Position numbers and translations under genes: made by a program. Positions 47,601-58,901 of a stretch of DNA of 64,000 nt are shown in pieces. The stretch covers positions 18,848,001-18,912,000 of the forward strand of contig OZ024742.1 in NCBI GenBank assembly GCA_964016885.1, in the 5' to 3' direction. The stretch comes from Eledone cirrhosa (Eukaryota). The notes below the pieces were generated by a model that was not told the DNA's origin, did not search any database, and was given only the letters and a program-made list of their open reading frames with translations. Position 1 is the stretch's first letter. Every line of letters starts with the position of its first letter.

Positions 47601-47867
47601 ATTGTTATTGTTTACTTTTGCATTCCAACGTATTTTTGTGAAACACTTTTCCAGCTCCGTTTTGCACTCGATAGGGTTAATCTTTTTGTAGATGGCAAAT
47701 TTTGGTGGTAGCTGCAGGATTTGTTGTTCTTGTTCACTGATTAAAGTGTTCCCATAAATATTTACTGTGTGGTCATTGGTAAATTCTTCCGGTAGTTTTA
47801 CATCAGTCATACGGATATTGTTGATGTTATCTGGGTATTTTGACCGTTGGTCAGTCAATGGCAACAT
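44650..47867 (-). pseudogene. Penelope-like RT-GIY-YIG polyprotein, frameshifted at about 45990 (ORFs 47867-45984 and 45888-44650)
   Basis: Motifs LYGLRKDHK, TRPVC, SMDVVSLYPSI, (alternate frame) HIFKFNEKIYTQNEGAAIG, RYVDD, LPVLD, Cys linker C..CIIC..C and NVVYRIRC...YIGETARSIGER..H. Confidence 0.92.
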
Positions 47868-48018
47868 TGAGGACCGAATAAATTAGATTACCGATATAAA
47901 AGACACAGAAGCCAAAAGAAAAAACCAACCAAACAGTGAGTGTCTTCTGTTATTAATTCTGGCAATATTACACAAATATGACCCTCCCCAAGTATAACAA
48001 TATATATATATATATATA

Positions 48019-48791
48019 TCTGTATATATATTAAATTAAGTATGTGTCTGTATCTGTGTGTCTGTGTATTACCTATAGGGGCCTACATCTTACGAGCGAT
48101 TTTCATGAAACTTTACAGGCTAATAGATTAATCATCTGGGAGTGTTTTCTATATATCAGCGTATCGTTTTTTTATCCTGGGGTCATTCTGTAGATAAAAA
48201 TCGATAGGGGGGGGGGGGGGGGGTCACCTTTTTTTAGGTATCGAAAAATAAGAATTTTGGCTCTAGCTCCCACATTTTGCCACCGATTTCGTTCAAATTT
48301 TAAAGCAAAATAGAATTTATCATTGCACATCCTGTAATCGCTTTATATTTTGCATGTGTTGTTCAGGAACGGCGTGGTAGCCGCTTAAATATTCGAAAAT
48401 ACCACCTTTTCGCTCAAATTTCCGCCTTTTCGGCTCTAGCTCCCACATTTTTCAACCGATTTCGTTCAAATTCAAAACTTCGGCTCCACCTCACACATAA
48501 ATCAATTTATTTGGTTCAACTTTTATACTACGATAGAACCTATCATTGCACATCTTATAGTAGCTTTACACTTTGCAATTTTTTGTTCAGGAACGGCGTG
48601 GCAGCCGTTTAACTCTTCAAAATACGATTTTTTCCACCTCCCACATATTCCATACGATTTCACTCAACATTTCGCCATTTGCTACACCTTACGACCGATT
48701 TTCAAGAAACTCGCAGTCGCTAAAATCAACACCTTTTCATCAAAGCAGATATTATTTTACCTACCCAGGGAATGCTGGGTACTGCTGCTAG
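48019..48791 (+). mobile_element. Non-autonomous Helitron-like element, about 770 bp
   Basis: A|TC start; 3' hairpin TACCCAG-ggaatg-CTGGGTA (48762-48781) followed by CTGCTGCTAG|T; internal ~200-bp duplication. Confidence 0.75.
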
Positions 48792-49199
48792 TATATATAT
48801 ATATCCGTGAATGTGGGTACGTTATTTCTAATTATATTCAAAATGAATGAGGAAATAAACCACCTAATGTAACTGTTTAAATTTATGAGTAATTAGAGAG
48901 CTCAGTAAGAAGCAATTAAAGGTTGTGTATAACCCTAAACCTAACTTTTACCCTTACCAAAATATAGTGTATCAACATAATTATTTTGAGTCGGAGTATC
49001 AATGTTTCACATATAAATCAATTCTAGTGTTACAGATAAGTTGATCCGTGTTTGTTTATTTAAAAATGAGGAAGTGAGCTGAAAGGGTTGATATATTGAT
49101 TTAATGTATCAAAAAGATTTCTTCATTAAAGACAACTAATTATGTCTGCTGAGGCAGTTTCTAAAAAAAGATTTCCACTTTTGCTGCCTCAAGAAAGGA

Positions 49200-49248
49200 T
49201 ATCTCTCTCTCACCCACTCTCACCCCTCCTCTCTCTCTCTCTCTCTCT

Positions 49249-49314
<66 letters not shown>

Positions 49315-49492
49315 CTAAGCAGGTATCATCTTCCAATCTGTTGGTTCATTAAACGCATGAACTATGTAGAACTGCAATAGCACATAAATACATTCATATA
49401 ACACACACACACACACACATGTATACACACATATATATATATATATATATATGTATATACTCACACATACATATATATATGTATATACCCAC

Positions 49493-49556
<64 letters not shown>

Positions 49557-49587
49557 GTGGGTATATACATATATATATATGTATGTG

Positions 49588-49621
<34 letters not shown>

Positions 49622-49645
49622 AGTGCGTGTGAGTGTGTATGTATG
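49200..49645. repeat. (CT)n/(TA)n/(CA)n microsatellite cluster
   Basis: Direct inspection. Confidence 0.9.
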
Positions 49646-50114
49646 TAAAAGTGTTCTTATGTGAATGTACACAAATACATTTTGATATAAATGAATTTGG
49701 TAATGTAATGAGGAAAGTAAAGAGGAAATATAAGAAGAAAGTAGAACACGACAGAAATAGAAAGATGGTGGCTGAATGAGAGAAATGTCTAGAGAGAAAG
49801 TGTTTAGAGTAATAGACAGTAGGGAGAGGTTAGAGCAATAGATAACAAGATAATGAGTGAGATTTTGGTAATGAGATCATTTTGACCGACTGACCATGAC
49901 TAGCCCTTTAACATTTTTGTATAGAAATATCAAGTATTTTCTTTCATCTTCATCATCAATAATATCTATTTTGATAGCCACAAATATGGCGACGATGAAA
50001 GCCATTAACGTGATTTATATTTCTGTTTTAGTTATAATCCACAAGAACGGTATTCAGTGTCTAATGTAGGAAATATCAGGTTTATAAAATGACAGAAATG
50101 GGATGTAGTAATAC

Positions 50115-50870
50115 TTCTTCTCCTTCTTCTTCACCTAATTATTCCTGAGAGAGTAGAGGGGGGGGGGGGGGTAGATTTCTTAAAACATAAAATTGACTTG
50201 GTAACATCAATATGTACCATCTTCTTCTTCGCCCACTTATTCCTGAGAGGGTCGTGAGGGATGGGGGAGGGTTCCTTAAACATTGAAAATGACTTGGTAA
50301 CATCAACATGTACCTTCTTCTCCCACTTATTTCTGAGGGACTCCTGGGGACAGAGTTCCCAGATATTCATTCCAGTGGGTCCTGTTAGAAGCTACCATCT
50401 CCAATTGATCCGGCTGGATCCTCAATCAAGACCACCCAAGCTCATGGATGTTATCCAACCATCTTGATCGGAGTCTACCCCCGGGTCTCCTTCCGGCTAG
50501 CTTTGCTCGTAAAATCTGTCCAGTGATTCTTTCCTGAGACATTCTAACCATATGTCCATAGTATCAGAGCTGTGATCTTTCAATTCGGAGAAGTAGCGGC
50601 TCTATCTGGAGTGACTCTCTAATCTCCGAGCTACGCACTCTATCGAGAAAGGTTACTCCGAAGACTTTTCGGGAGAATCCCATTTCGGCCGCTCGTATTC
50701 GGGATCGTATTCTTTCTGTCACTACTTAAGATTCATGACCATAGTTAAGGATTGCTTCGAATACCGAATTGAATATAGCAAGTATGGCTTTTACACCTAC
50801 CTCCCTTCTTTTGTTAACTGAATACTGAAGTTGGCGCATTACTGTACCAGCTCCTGCAATTCTTTCACTT
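50115..50870 (-). mobile_element. RTE-clade LINE 3' fragment with reiterated 3' end
   Basis: Homologous to the 26078, 53158 and 56406 copies and extends further 5'. Confidence 0.75.
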
Positions 50871-51714
50871 AATTCAGCCTCCTTCGTCAAAGATATTTAC
50901 CTAATTCTGTCGAATTAGTTGAATCTTTAGAACGTCGGATAGAATGATTTGCAGTATTCCCTCCGGGTCGTTGCATTCTGAGTTCACATACTGCTGAAAT
51001 CAGCATTGTCTTTCAACATTTCCAGGTCGATATAAAAAAAATACCAGACCAGTAGTGGAGTCAAAACTTTCTCTTTCTATACATATCACGTTCTCACTCC
51101 CCCCTCTCTCTGGAAGAAATAGGCTGTTTTCAGATTGTTTAAGACGGGCCGCATGTCATGACAACACCCATACTACTCCATCGGGAGTTATGGGTCCACA
51201 TACGTAGTTGATGTGAAATGTTTCGAATTGAGCCGAGATCAACGCGTGACCTCGGCTCAATTCGTATTTACGTTTGCAACTGTTATATACATTTATTTTC
51301 GTTCTTGTGTTTATACGATAACAGCTTTAACGTTTGAGGCGTGTTCAGCTAATATAATGTTTCATCGCCGTCTACTGTTGTACCACCATATGTAATAATT
51401 ACAGCGTAAAGAGATGATAATTATTTCGAAATTACCTATAATAACTTGTATTGTAAATGATTAAATTACTAGAATGTGTTGTTCAACAAATATTCTTATT
51501 ATGGATGTATTATATATATAACAACCACGCCTATGGCTGTTTGGAGAATGTTACATTTTTCACATGTATGTGTTTATAATATATTTCGCAAGGCAAATAA
51601 TCTATTGCTAATGCTATTGTTTTAGTGTCAAACAACTTAATGCATTTTCAGCTTATAACAATTGTTTACAAAACATTTATTCTTCACAAATTAAATGATG
51701 TTCTTCTGTGTAAT

Positions 51715-51920
51715 TAATGGTTTCTGATTGAGGTACAAGGCCAATTTTGTGGGGAGGGGACAGTCGATTATATCGACCCCAGTGCAGTACTGCTATTTTA
51801 TTTTATCGACCCTGTAACGAGAAAAGGTAGGGTAAAGCTAACTTCGGCAGAATTTGAACTCAGAACGTAAAATACTGTAACTCTATGCCGCAAAGTATCC
51901 GACACTCTACCGATTCTGTG
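51715..51920 (-). mobile_element. tRNA-derived SINE
   Basis: GAATTTGAACTCAGAACGTAAA and shared body. Confidence 0.85.
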
Positions 51921-52249
51921 TAACTAATGAGCTAATAATAAGTCACTATGGTGTATAGAAAGAATCTAATAATTTTGGAATCCCAACGATCCATATGGCT
52001 TGAGTTTAACTCCAGTAATTGTATCATTAAGTATTGATTAATCCACCTTTGTTGCACAATGAATTGATCTCAGCACTGGAACGTTAACCAATACTGCCTG
52101 CCATTGTGTTATATTATATACGTTATATACCTAGAAATAGGTAGACACTGACAATAGATTGCAAAATACTTGAGTATGGACCTGTAGCTCCTGATGGAGT
52201 CGTAGGTGTCAACCCCCTTCTCCTTGTCTAAGTACAGCCGATTTCTTCC

Positions 52250-52424
52250 AGGGAGAGAGAGAGAATTGACCCTAGTACTGGACTGACACATGTTTAACGA
52301 CCTCGAATGAATGGAAAGCAAAGTTGACCTAGGCGGGATTTGAACTCTGAATGCAGAGAGAGCTGGAATGTATACCGCAAATCATTCTATCCGACACTCC
52401 TATGACTCTACCAATTCACCGCCT
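52250..52424 (-). mobile_element. tRNA-derived SINE subfamily whose head matches the first satellite monomer
   Basis: GGATTTGAACTC ... CATTCTATCCGACACTCCTATGACTCTACCAATTCACCGCC. Confidence 0.8.
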
Positions 52425-53157
52425 ACATATTATTAATTCTAAATACTCTTCTCTGTTTCGTCAACATTTATAGCTTCCATAATTCATAATTCAACATTTT
52501 TATTAGTTTCGGAATAGCCTGCCCAGTAACGTAGAGTCTGGGACTGAAATTCTATTAACCTCTGTAAGAATTTCTCTTACGTCACTAATATCTTCAGAAA
52601 GAAATCATTGTTAATATATTCCGTTCTATTTTGCTATGAATCACCATCCGAGGAACGCTATACAAGGCAATTTTTCGCTATAGTTATAAAAAGTCTATTA
52701 CCCACTAGATAGACGACTAATGCATTGTGAGTTTGCATTTATATTCCTCGGTGTAGCTGTCTTAGACTTTTATCTTTACTTGATTCAATATCAATTTAAA
52801 ATCTCAGAAACTGTTAAAGATTTATTACTTTCATTTTAAATGGCTGAAACGGAAATTAGAGAGAATAGAATATTTACCGTATGTAGTTTAGTGCTTCACT
52901 TTTCATTCTGTTGACTTTATTCTAGCTATCCTAACACTACCAATACAGCGAAGAGTATTTTACCGCAAAACTTACTACAATTACACTGGTTCTATTCGAT
53001 TATAATTCTATAAAGTATATATTTCTCCTGCTTTTATTTCAAAATACTTAACTTGCAACTACATTGAAAGTAACCTCCGTAAATATAGATCTTCCAAGTA
53101 GTTCTTGATTGTTTAGGCAAAGACTTTTAGTTACTGAGACTCTGGTAGTGGTATTAT

Positions 53158-53620
53158 TTCTTCTTCGTCTTCGCCCACTTATTTCTGAGAGGGTCGTAGG
53201 GGCAGAGTCCTCAAACACTCCCTCCAACAGGTCATATCAGAAGCAACCGTTTCTAACTGATCTGGCTGGATCCTCAAGCGAGATCAGCCAAGCTCATAGA
53301 TGTTATCCAACCATCTAATTCGGGGCCTACCCCTGGGTCTCCTGCCGGTTGGTTTTGCCCGTAAAATCTGTTCAGAGATTTTAACCACATGCCCATAATA
53401 TCAGAGCTGTGATATTTCAATTCGGAGAGGTAGCGGCTCTACCTAGAGTGACTCTCTGATCTACGCACTCTATAGAATAAGGTTACTCCGAAGACACTTC
53501 GGGGGAATCCCATCTCGGTTGCTTGTATTCGCGATAGTATTCTTTCTGTCATTACCTAAGATTGATGACCATAGTTAAGTATTGCCACGTATTTCGAATT
53601 AAAGACAGCGAGTTTGGTTT
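53158..53620 (-). mobile_element. RTE-clade LINE 3' fragment
   Basis: Collinear with 50315-50790. Confidence 0.78.
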
Positions 53621-53791
53621 CATATTACTTTTGTTTAAATTTACTCCCCCTCTCATTCTTTAGTAACCGGATCGGGCGTCTACTTTTAACGGTGGATATC
53701 GAACTAAATACTTATCTATTTGTTTGACAAAATCCTAATGTAAATAAAATATAATAAGGCAAACTTAATTAAAATTAACCCATGCTACATG

Positions 53792-54139
53792 CATGGTTGG
53801 ATTTAGACGTTGGGTGATCCGAGGCACTTCAGGTTTGAAGGGCTCGAGGCACTTCAGTTTGAGGGGCTCGGAGCACTTCAGGTTTGAGGAGCCCCTCATA
53901 CACAAAAAAATAGAATACACAGCAAACCCCCCAATTTTTCATATCAAAGTTACCTTGGCGCAAGTAATTGGAATGAACAAGTTATACATACAGGTATTAA
54001 ATTCAAAAATTCTGAACATCCTAGAATTAAAAAGTCCAGCTGAGGGCACAAATAAATTTCTACTGTCGTCGCTGGTGGGACCCCCACCGCAGGAGGAGCC
54101 GGGGAAATTGCCCCCTTTGCTCCCATTAAATCCGGCCTG
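53792..54139. mobile_element. hAT-type MITE with perfect 8-bp target-site duplication
   Basis: GCTACATG|CATGGTTGGATTTA ... TAAATCCGGCCTG|GCTACATG. Confidence 0.8.
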
Positions 54140-54369
54140 GCTACATGTTTGCCATTATACCTCAGTCTTTCCATCAAGTGAAACTGTTAAACTCATTCAA
54201 AAGGTGCGTGCTTTCCAATTTTTGTATGATACATTAACCAATATAACCAATTCGACATATCGATTGCACAACGACATGTAAGAGGGCCTTTTTCTACAAA
54301 ATGCCTCCTTCATCATCCTCCGGGAAACAGCTTCTCTATTCTGACCGGCCTTTATTTGCTTATAATAGT

Positions 54370-54685
54370 GAGAGGTGGGGAGGGAGAGCGAGAGAGACGG
54401 AGGCAGTGAGTGAAAGAGAGAGATGGAGAGAGCGACAGAGACGGAGGCATTGAGTGAAAGAGAAAGATGGGGAGAGCGAGAGAGACGAAGGCAGTGAGGG
54501 AAAGAGAGGTGGCGAGAGTGAGAGAGACGGAGACAGTGAGGGAAAGAGAGGGGTGGGGAGAGCGAGACACACGGAGGCAGTGAGTGAAAGAGAGAGGTGA
54601 TGAGAGCGAGAGAGGTGGAGGCAGTGAATGAAAGAGAGAGGTGGGGAGAGCGAGAGACACGGAGGCAGTGAGTAAAAGAGAGAGA
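54370..54685. repeat. Purine-rich ~44-bp minisatellite, about 7 copies
   Basis: GAGAGCGAGAGAGACGGAGGCAGTGAGTGAAAGAGA units. Confidence 0.9.
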
Positions 54686-55678
54686 ACATCAACACTTATT
54701 TACTTATTTATTCAATTCTATTTAGTAGTGATGGTTATAGCAGGTGTTAATTCTGACTGGGATGTAGTGTCATGTGCATATGTATGTATGTGCCTATGTG
54801 TGTATGTGTGTTTATATGCGTCAATAACAAAGGAAATCTATGTGCGGTGCTGAATTTATTTAAACGAATAGTAGCACGAATTGATGCAGAGCCCTTAATA
54901 GTGGAGAAGAAAAAAAGGAGCAATTTATTTGTTATTTAGTTCAGATACTAGAATGGATACCAGAAGAATTTAGATGATTAGTGTAAATAGTTGCAGAGAT
55001 AGAAACTTGGTAAATATAGTTTATGAATTATTCCACTTCAGAAAAAGACACGTTAATACGATTTAAGCTTAGCTTTGAAACAGTTCTCAAAATGTTTACT
55101 TATTAAATTGGTTTTGCTTTCTGTTTTACTGGAACATTCCCACGAGGACGTAAAATATAAGATTTTGTTCAATATTCAAATATTCTAATTTGAAATTCTG
55201 TCAAGTTTGACATAATCTGACTCGATTATCTGACATACTCTTCAGCTATAAAGAGAGTCTTAGGAAACTAAATGACAAAAAAGGAAATTGAAACAAAAAC
55301 AAAAACAATACAACCAGCCACTCAGAATAAATATATATAATATATAAGTTTTTCTTGGAATGATCTTTCATCGGTTTCGATGATGAGTGTTCCAGTTGTT
55401 AGATAAACGCAACAATTATCATGTACATGAATGAACAATTCATAGATATGTATTTCATTAACATTATTCTCAGGGAGATTCTGCCGAACATATTGTGGTC
55501 TGACAAGGTTGGCTTTTTGAATTACAGGTTTAGTTCACTCCAAGGGCTTCCAAACAGTTTCTGTCTACCCAATTTTCTATGCAAATGAGCGCCAAGAGCA
55601 ACAACAACAACAACAAAGAATGTACCTTGCATCGCATAATCATAATTCCCTCTGTTATGAAAACAATGGTGATATGAC

Positions 55679-55848
55679 CAGTGATGAATTTACCATTGTG
55701 CTTAGGTGTGCTTAAGCATAAGACCCCGTTGGCCAGGAGGGGGGGGGGCAATCTTCCTGCCCCCATTTTTTTATTTCCTTCAGGGCCCAAGTAAGGGGCC
55801 TCATAACTTAAGTAGCACAGGGCTTCAATTGTGCTAAATCCGGCACTG
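55679..55848. mobile_element. hAT-type MITE
   Basis: GATATGAC|CAGTGATGAATTTA ... TAAATCCGGCACTG|GGTATGAC (flanks match at 7 of 8 positions). Confidence 0.7.
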
Positions 55849-56176
55849 GGTATGACAACCCTGGCCGTCTCTCCTATAACTATACAGGGAATGACTGTTA
55901 TTTTTTGCTGCTTGATAGACTATGTAGAAGTAACTGTTGTTTTGTCGTATAAATTGTGATGGTTATTGTCACTGTTTGCTAGAGCAGATTGACAGGAGGA
56001 GAAAGAAGCGGTACCGAAAGGAGGTTATGTGTAACAATGATACAATATTAATACATGTTGCAGCTGTTATTTCGTTAACCTCTGTTGTTTGTCATTTCCT
56101 CATATAATCGTAATTGTCTCTATGTTAATAAAGAATTTACACTTGAGAATTAGCGTGTGACACTTGATTGTAGAGA

Positions 56177-56246
<70 letters not shown>

Positions 56247-56405
56247 AGCATCACGTTAAACAGAATAAAATGCTTGTTGCAATATTAGATGAAATATATT
56301 TAACTGGTTTCTTCACTACATTCTATATAGTGTAGTAGACAGTAAACTAAAACTACGACGGCCGTTATTAGCAACTGAGAATGACTTGGTAACATCAACA
56401 TGTAC

Positions 56406-56662
56406 CATCTTCTTATTCGCCCACTTATTCATTAGGGAGTCGTGGTGGAAGAGTCCTAAAACATTCATTCCAGCGTTTCCTGTCGGGAGCAACCGTCTCC
56501 AACTGATCCGATGAGAACAGCCAAGCTCATGCATGTTATCCAACCATCTTGCTCAGGGTCTATTCTCAGATCTCCTGCCAGTTAGTTTCGTTCGTAAAAT
56601 CTGCCCAGCGACTCTTTCCTGAGTCATTCTAACCACATACCTATAGTATCGGAGCTGTGGTC
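56406..56662 (-). mobile_element. RTE-clade LINE 3' fragment
   Basis: Minus-strand QILRTKLTGRR..RP; homologous to the other copies. Confidence 0.72.
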
Positions 56663-57041
56663 TAACATGTACTATATTTACGCAAATGGTTACAGGCCCA
56701 CCTGTTGTCAAGAGAGAGGAACAGAAGAGTTCATTTTCCAGTCTCCTTCTCAACAAGGAAGATGAAAAAAACTTACCTCTTAATTTTACATCTTTAATTT
56801 TTAGTTATTTAATTCTTATTAATTCTTATTAATTCTTTTTAATTGTAATACTCAACATTTGACAAGATGAATTTTACTAATACATCGAAACCGGTAATAC
56901 TTTATATACATTATAAAACTTTTTTTAAAAAGAATTGTCCCACTCATTTTGTTTAATAATGTCACTTTGACGAATCAAAGAAAAGGAAAAAAAGAAGAAA
57001 AATAGACCCTAAAATATATTTTCCGTGCTACTTCCAACTTC

Positions 57042-57117
<76 letters not shown>

Positions 57118-57444
57118 CATATATATGCAAGAAAAAAGCAAACAGAAATAACAAAGTAAACAATACAGTACATTGAAGAAATATATTAGTTTAACGCTTG
57201 AAATAAGAAAAAGCCTTGCGTTTCGGACTCTACTCTTTCATTAGAAGATGAAATAGAAAGATAAAGATTGAGAAGAGGAAGAAAAGAAAATCACGTGTGC
57301 TTATTCAATCAGCTTTATCGATGCGATACACTCAACTCCATTATCGATAAAAACATCGAGCCACAGTCTGTGAAACATATGTAACGTTCGATATACAATG
57401 ATAAGATTTCAAAGTGAAACAACGTTATCTCATACAACACACAC

Positions 57445-57494
<50 letters not shown>

Positions 57495-58058
57495 TATAAT
57501 GTTCCCGAGTTGTGTCGGGAGTAGCCACAGTTATAAAAGGTACTCAATACATTAGTAGAGTATAGACCTCCTTATTATATATATGGAAATTATTTCTACA
57601 TGACTAGAATTGTTTCATGTACACTGCATTTAATTAAGTTTATTTAATTTACACAAGTTTCATTAAGCCATTTATCTGTGAAACGTGCGTATCAGATCGA
57701 TGATCGATATAAACAAAATCACGTAAAGGAAACTTCATCGTTTTATCTTATTATTGGGACATTTGGTTTTATACTTCTTTTCTTTTTAAAAATTGTGATA
57801 AACTCCACTTTCAAAGTTTACACTAAGAATGAGGTCAAGGTGAATTTAATACCTGCTTTCAATGCTGGCAATTGCAAAATAACCCCGCATTATTTATTGG
57901 ATGACCCAATATATACACTCTGCCTGTGCAATGAGTGTTCACATTGGTACCACCACAATTAATTCGCTAAATCCACCATCACCCCACTCTCAAGCGTGAA
58001 ACTAATACTAATATCATTTGTACTGCCTCTCTGTTTTTTGTTCTCTGTTTATTTACTA

Positions 58059-58111
<53 letters not shown>

Positions 58112-58112
<1 letters not shown>

Positions 58113-58526
58113 TAGCTGAATTCCCCACGCCCTGCTGCGTTTCACACATTTTTTTTTCTAAGAAAATGATGATTGATTTTAAATGAGTGATATAATTTAT
58201 GGAGAATATTACTTAATGTAAAATGTAATGCATGAAACATTGGAAAACATTATTTTTTGTAATATATCAAATCAAAATTACATTATTAAATCTTAATATT
58301 ATTTTGTTTCTTGTATATAATTTTAAAAAAAATATCAATTCAAAACTTTTGTGAATAGGCATCATTTACCTATGGTTTAAATTTCATATAAATCGAAGGG
58401 AAAAACATTTCAGCAGGGGTTTGTGCCCTGGGCAATGTAGTTTCAGAATATATATGGTTATGAGGGTCTATCTCCAAAACCATATGAGGAGTTCGTGAAC
58501 AAACAAACAAACAAACAGGAACTACA

Positions 58527-58540
<14 letters not shown>
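58112..58540 (-). mobile_element. Putative non-autonomous Helitron-like element
   Basis: CTAG end with an imperfect GC hairpin on the minus strand; the other end is (ACAA)n..ACTACAACTTTATATATA; lies within (TA)n. Confidence 0.5.
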
Positions 58541-58561
<21 letters not shown>

Positions 58562-58567
<6 letters not shown>

Positions 58568-58752
58568 ACTCTTTCTACTTTAGGCACAAGGCCAACAATT
58601 ACCCAGTGCATTACTGGTACTTTATTTTATCGACCCCGTAAGGATGAAAGGCAAAGTCAACCTCGGCGGGATTTGAACTCAGATCATAAAGGCACGTAAC
58701 TATGCTGGAAAGCATGGCGTCAAACCCTCTACCGATACTGCCAATCCACCGC
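58562..58752 (-). mobile_element. tRNA-derived SINE
   Basis: Nearly identical to the copy at 16960-17135. Confidence 0.9.
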
Positions 58753-58854
58753 TATATATATAATATAACGGCACCATACCAGGTACATATATTTCAGGAC
58801 CACCAACGAAACGTACGTACCTGGTATAGCACCGTTGTAGCAACTGACCTTAAT

Positions 58855-58900
<46 letters not shown>

Positions 58901-58901
<1 letters not shown>

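Larger units (their letters stand above)
44078..48003 (-). mobile_element. Penelope-like retroelement with inverted terminal repeats, between (TA)n tracts
   Basis: RT and C-terminal GIY-YIG coding region; about 47865-48003 is the reverse complement of about 44120-44258. Confidence 0.93.

Noticed and set aside
44396-47711. Plus-strand hydrophobic ORFs
   Set aside because: Antisense shadows of the Penelope ORF and its A-rich UTR
57678-57962. 94-aa ORF with Cys/His-rich end
   Set aside because: Non-ATG start, no recognisable domain and no clear splice signals
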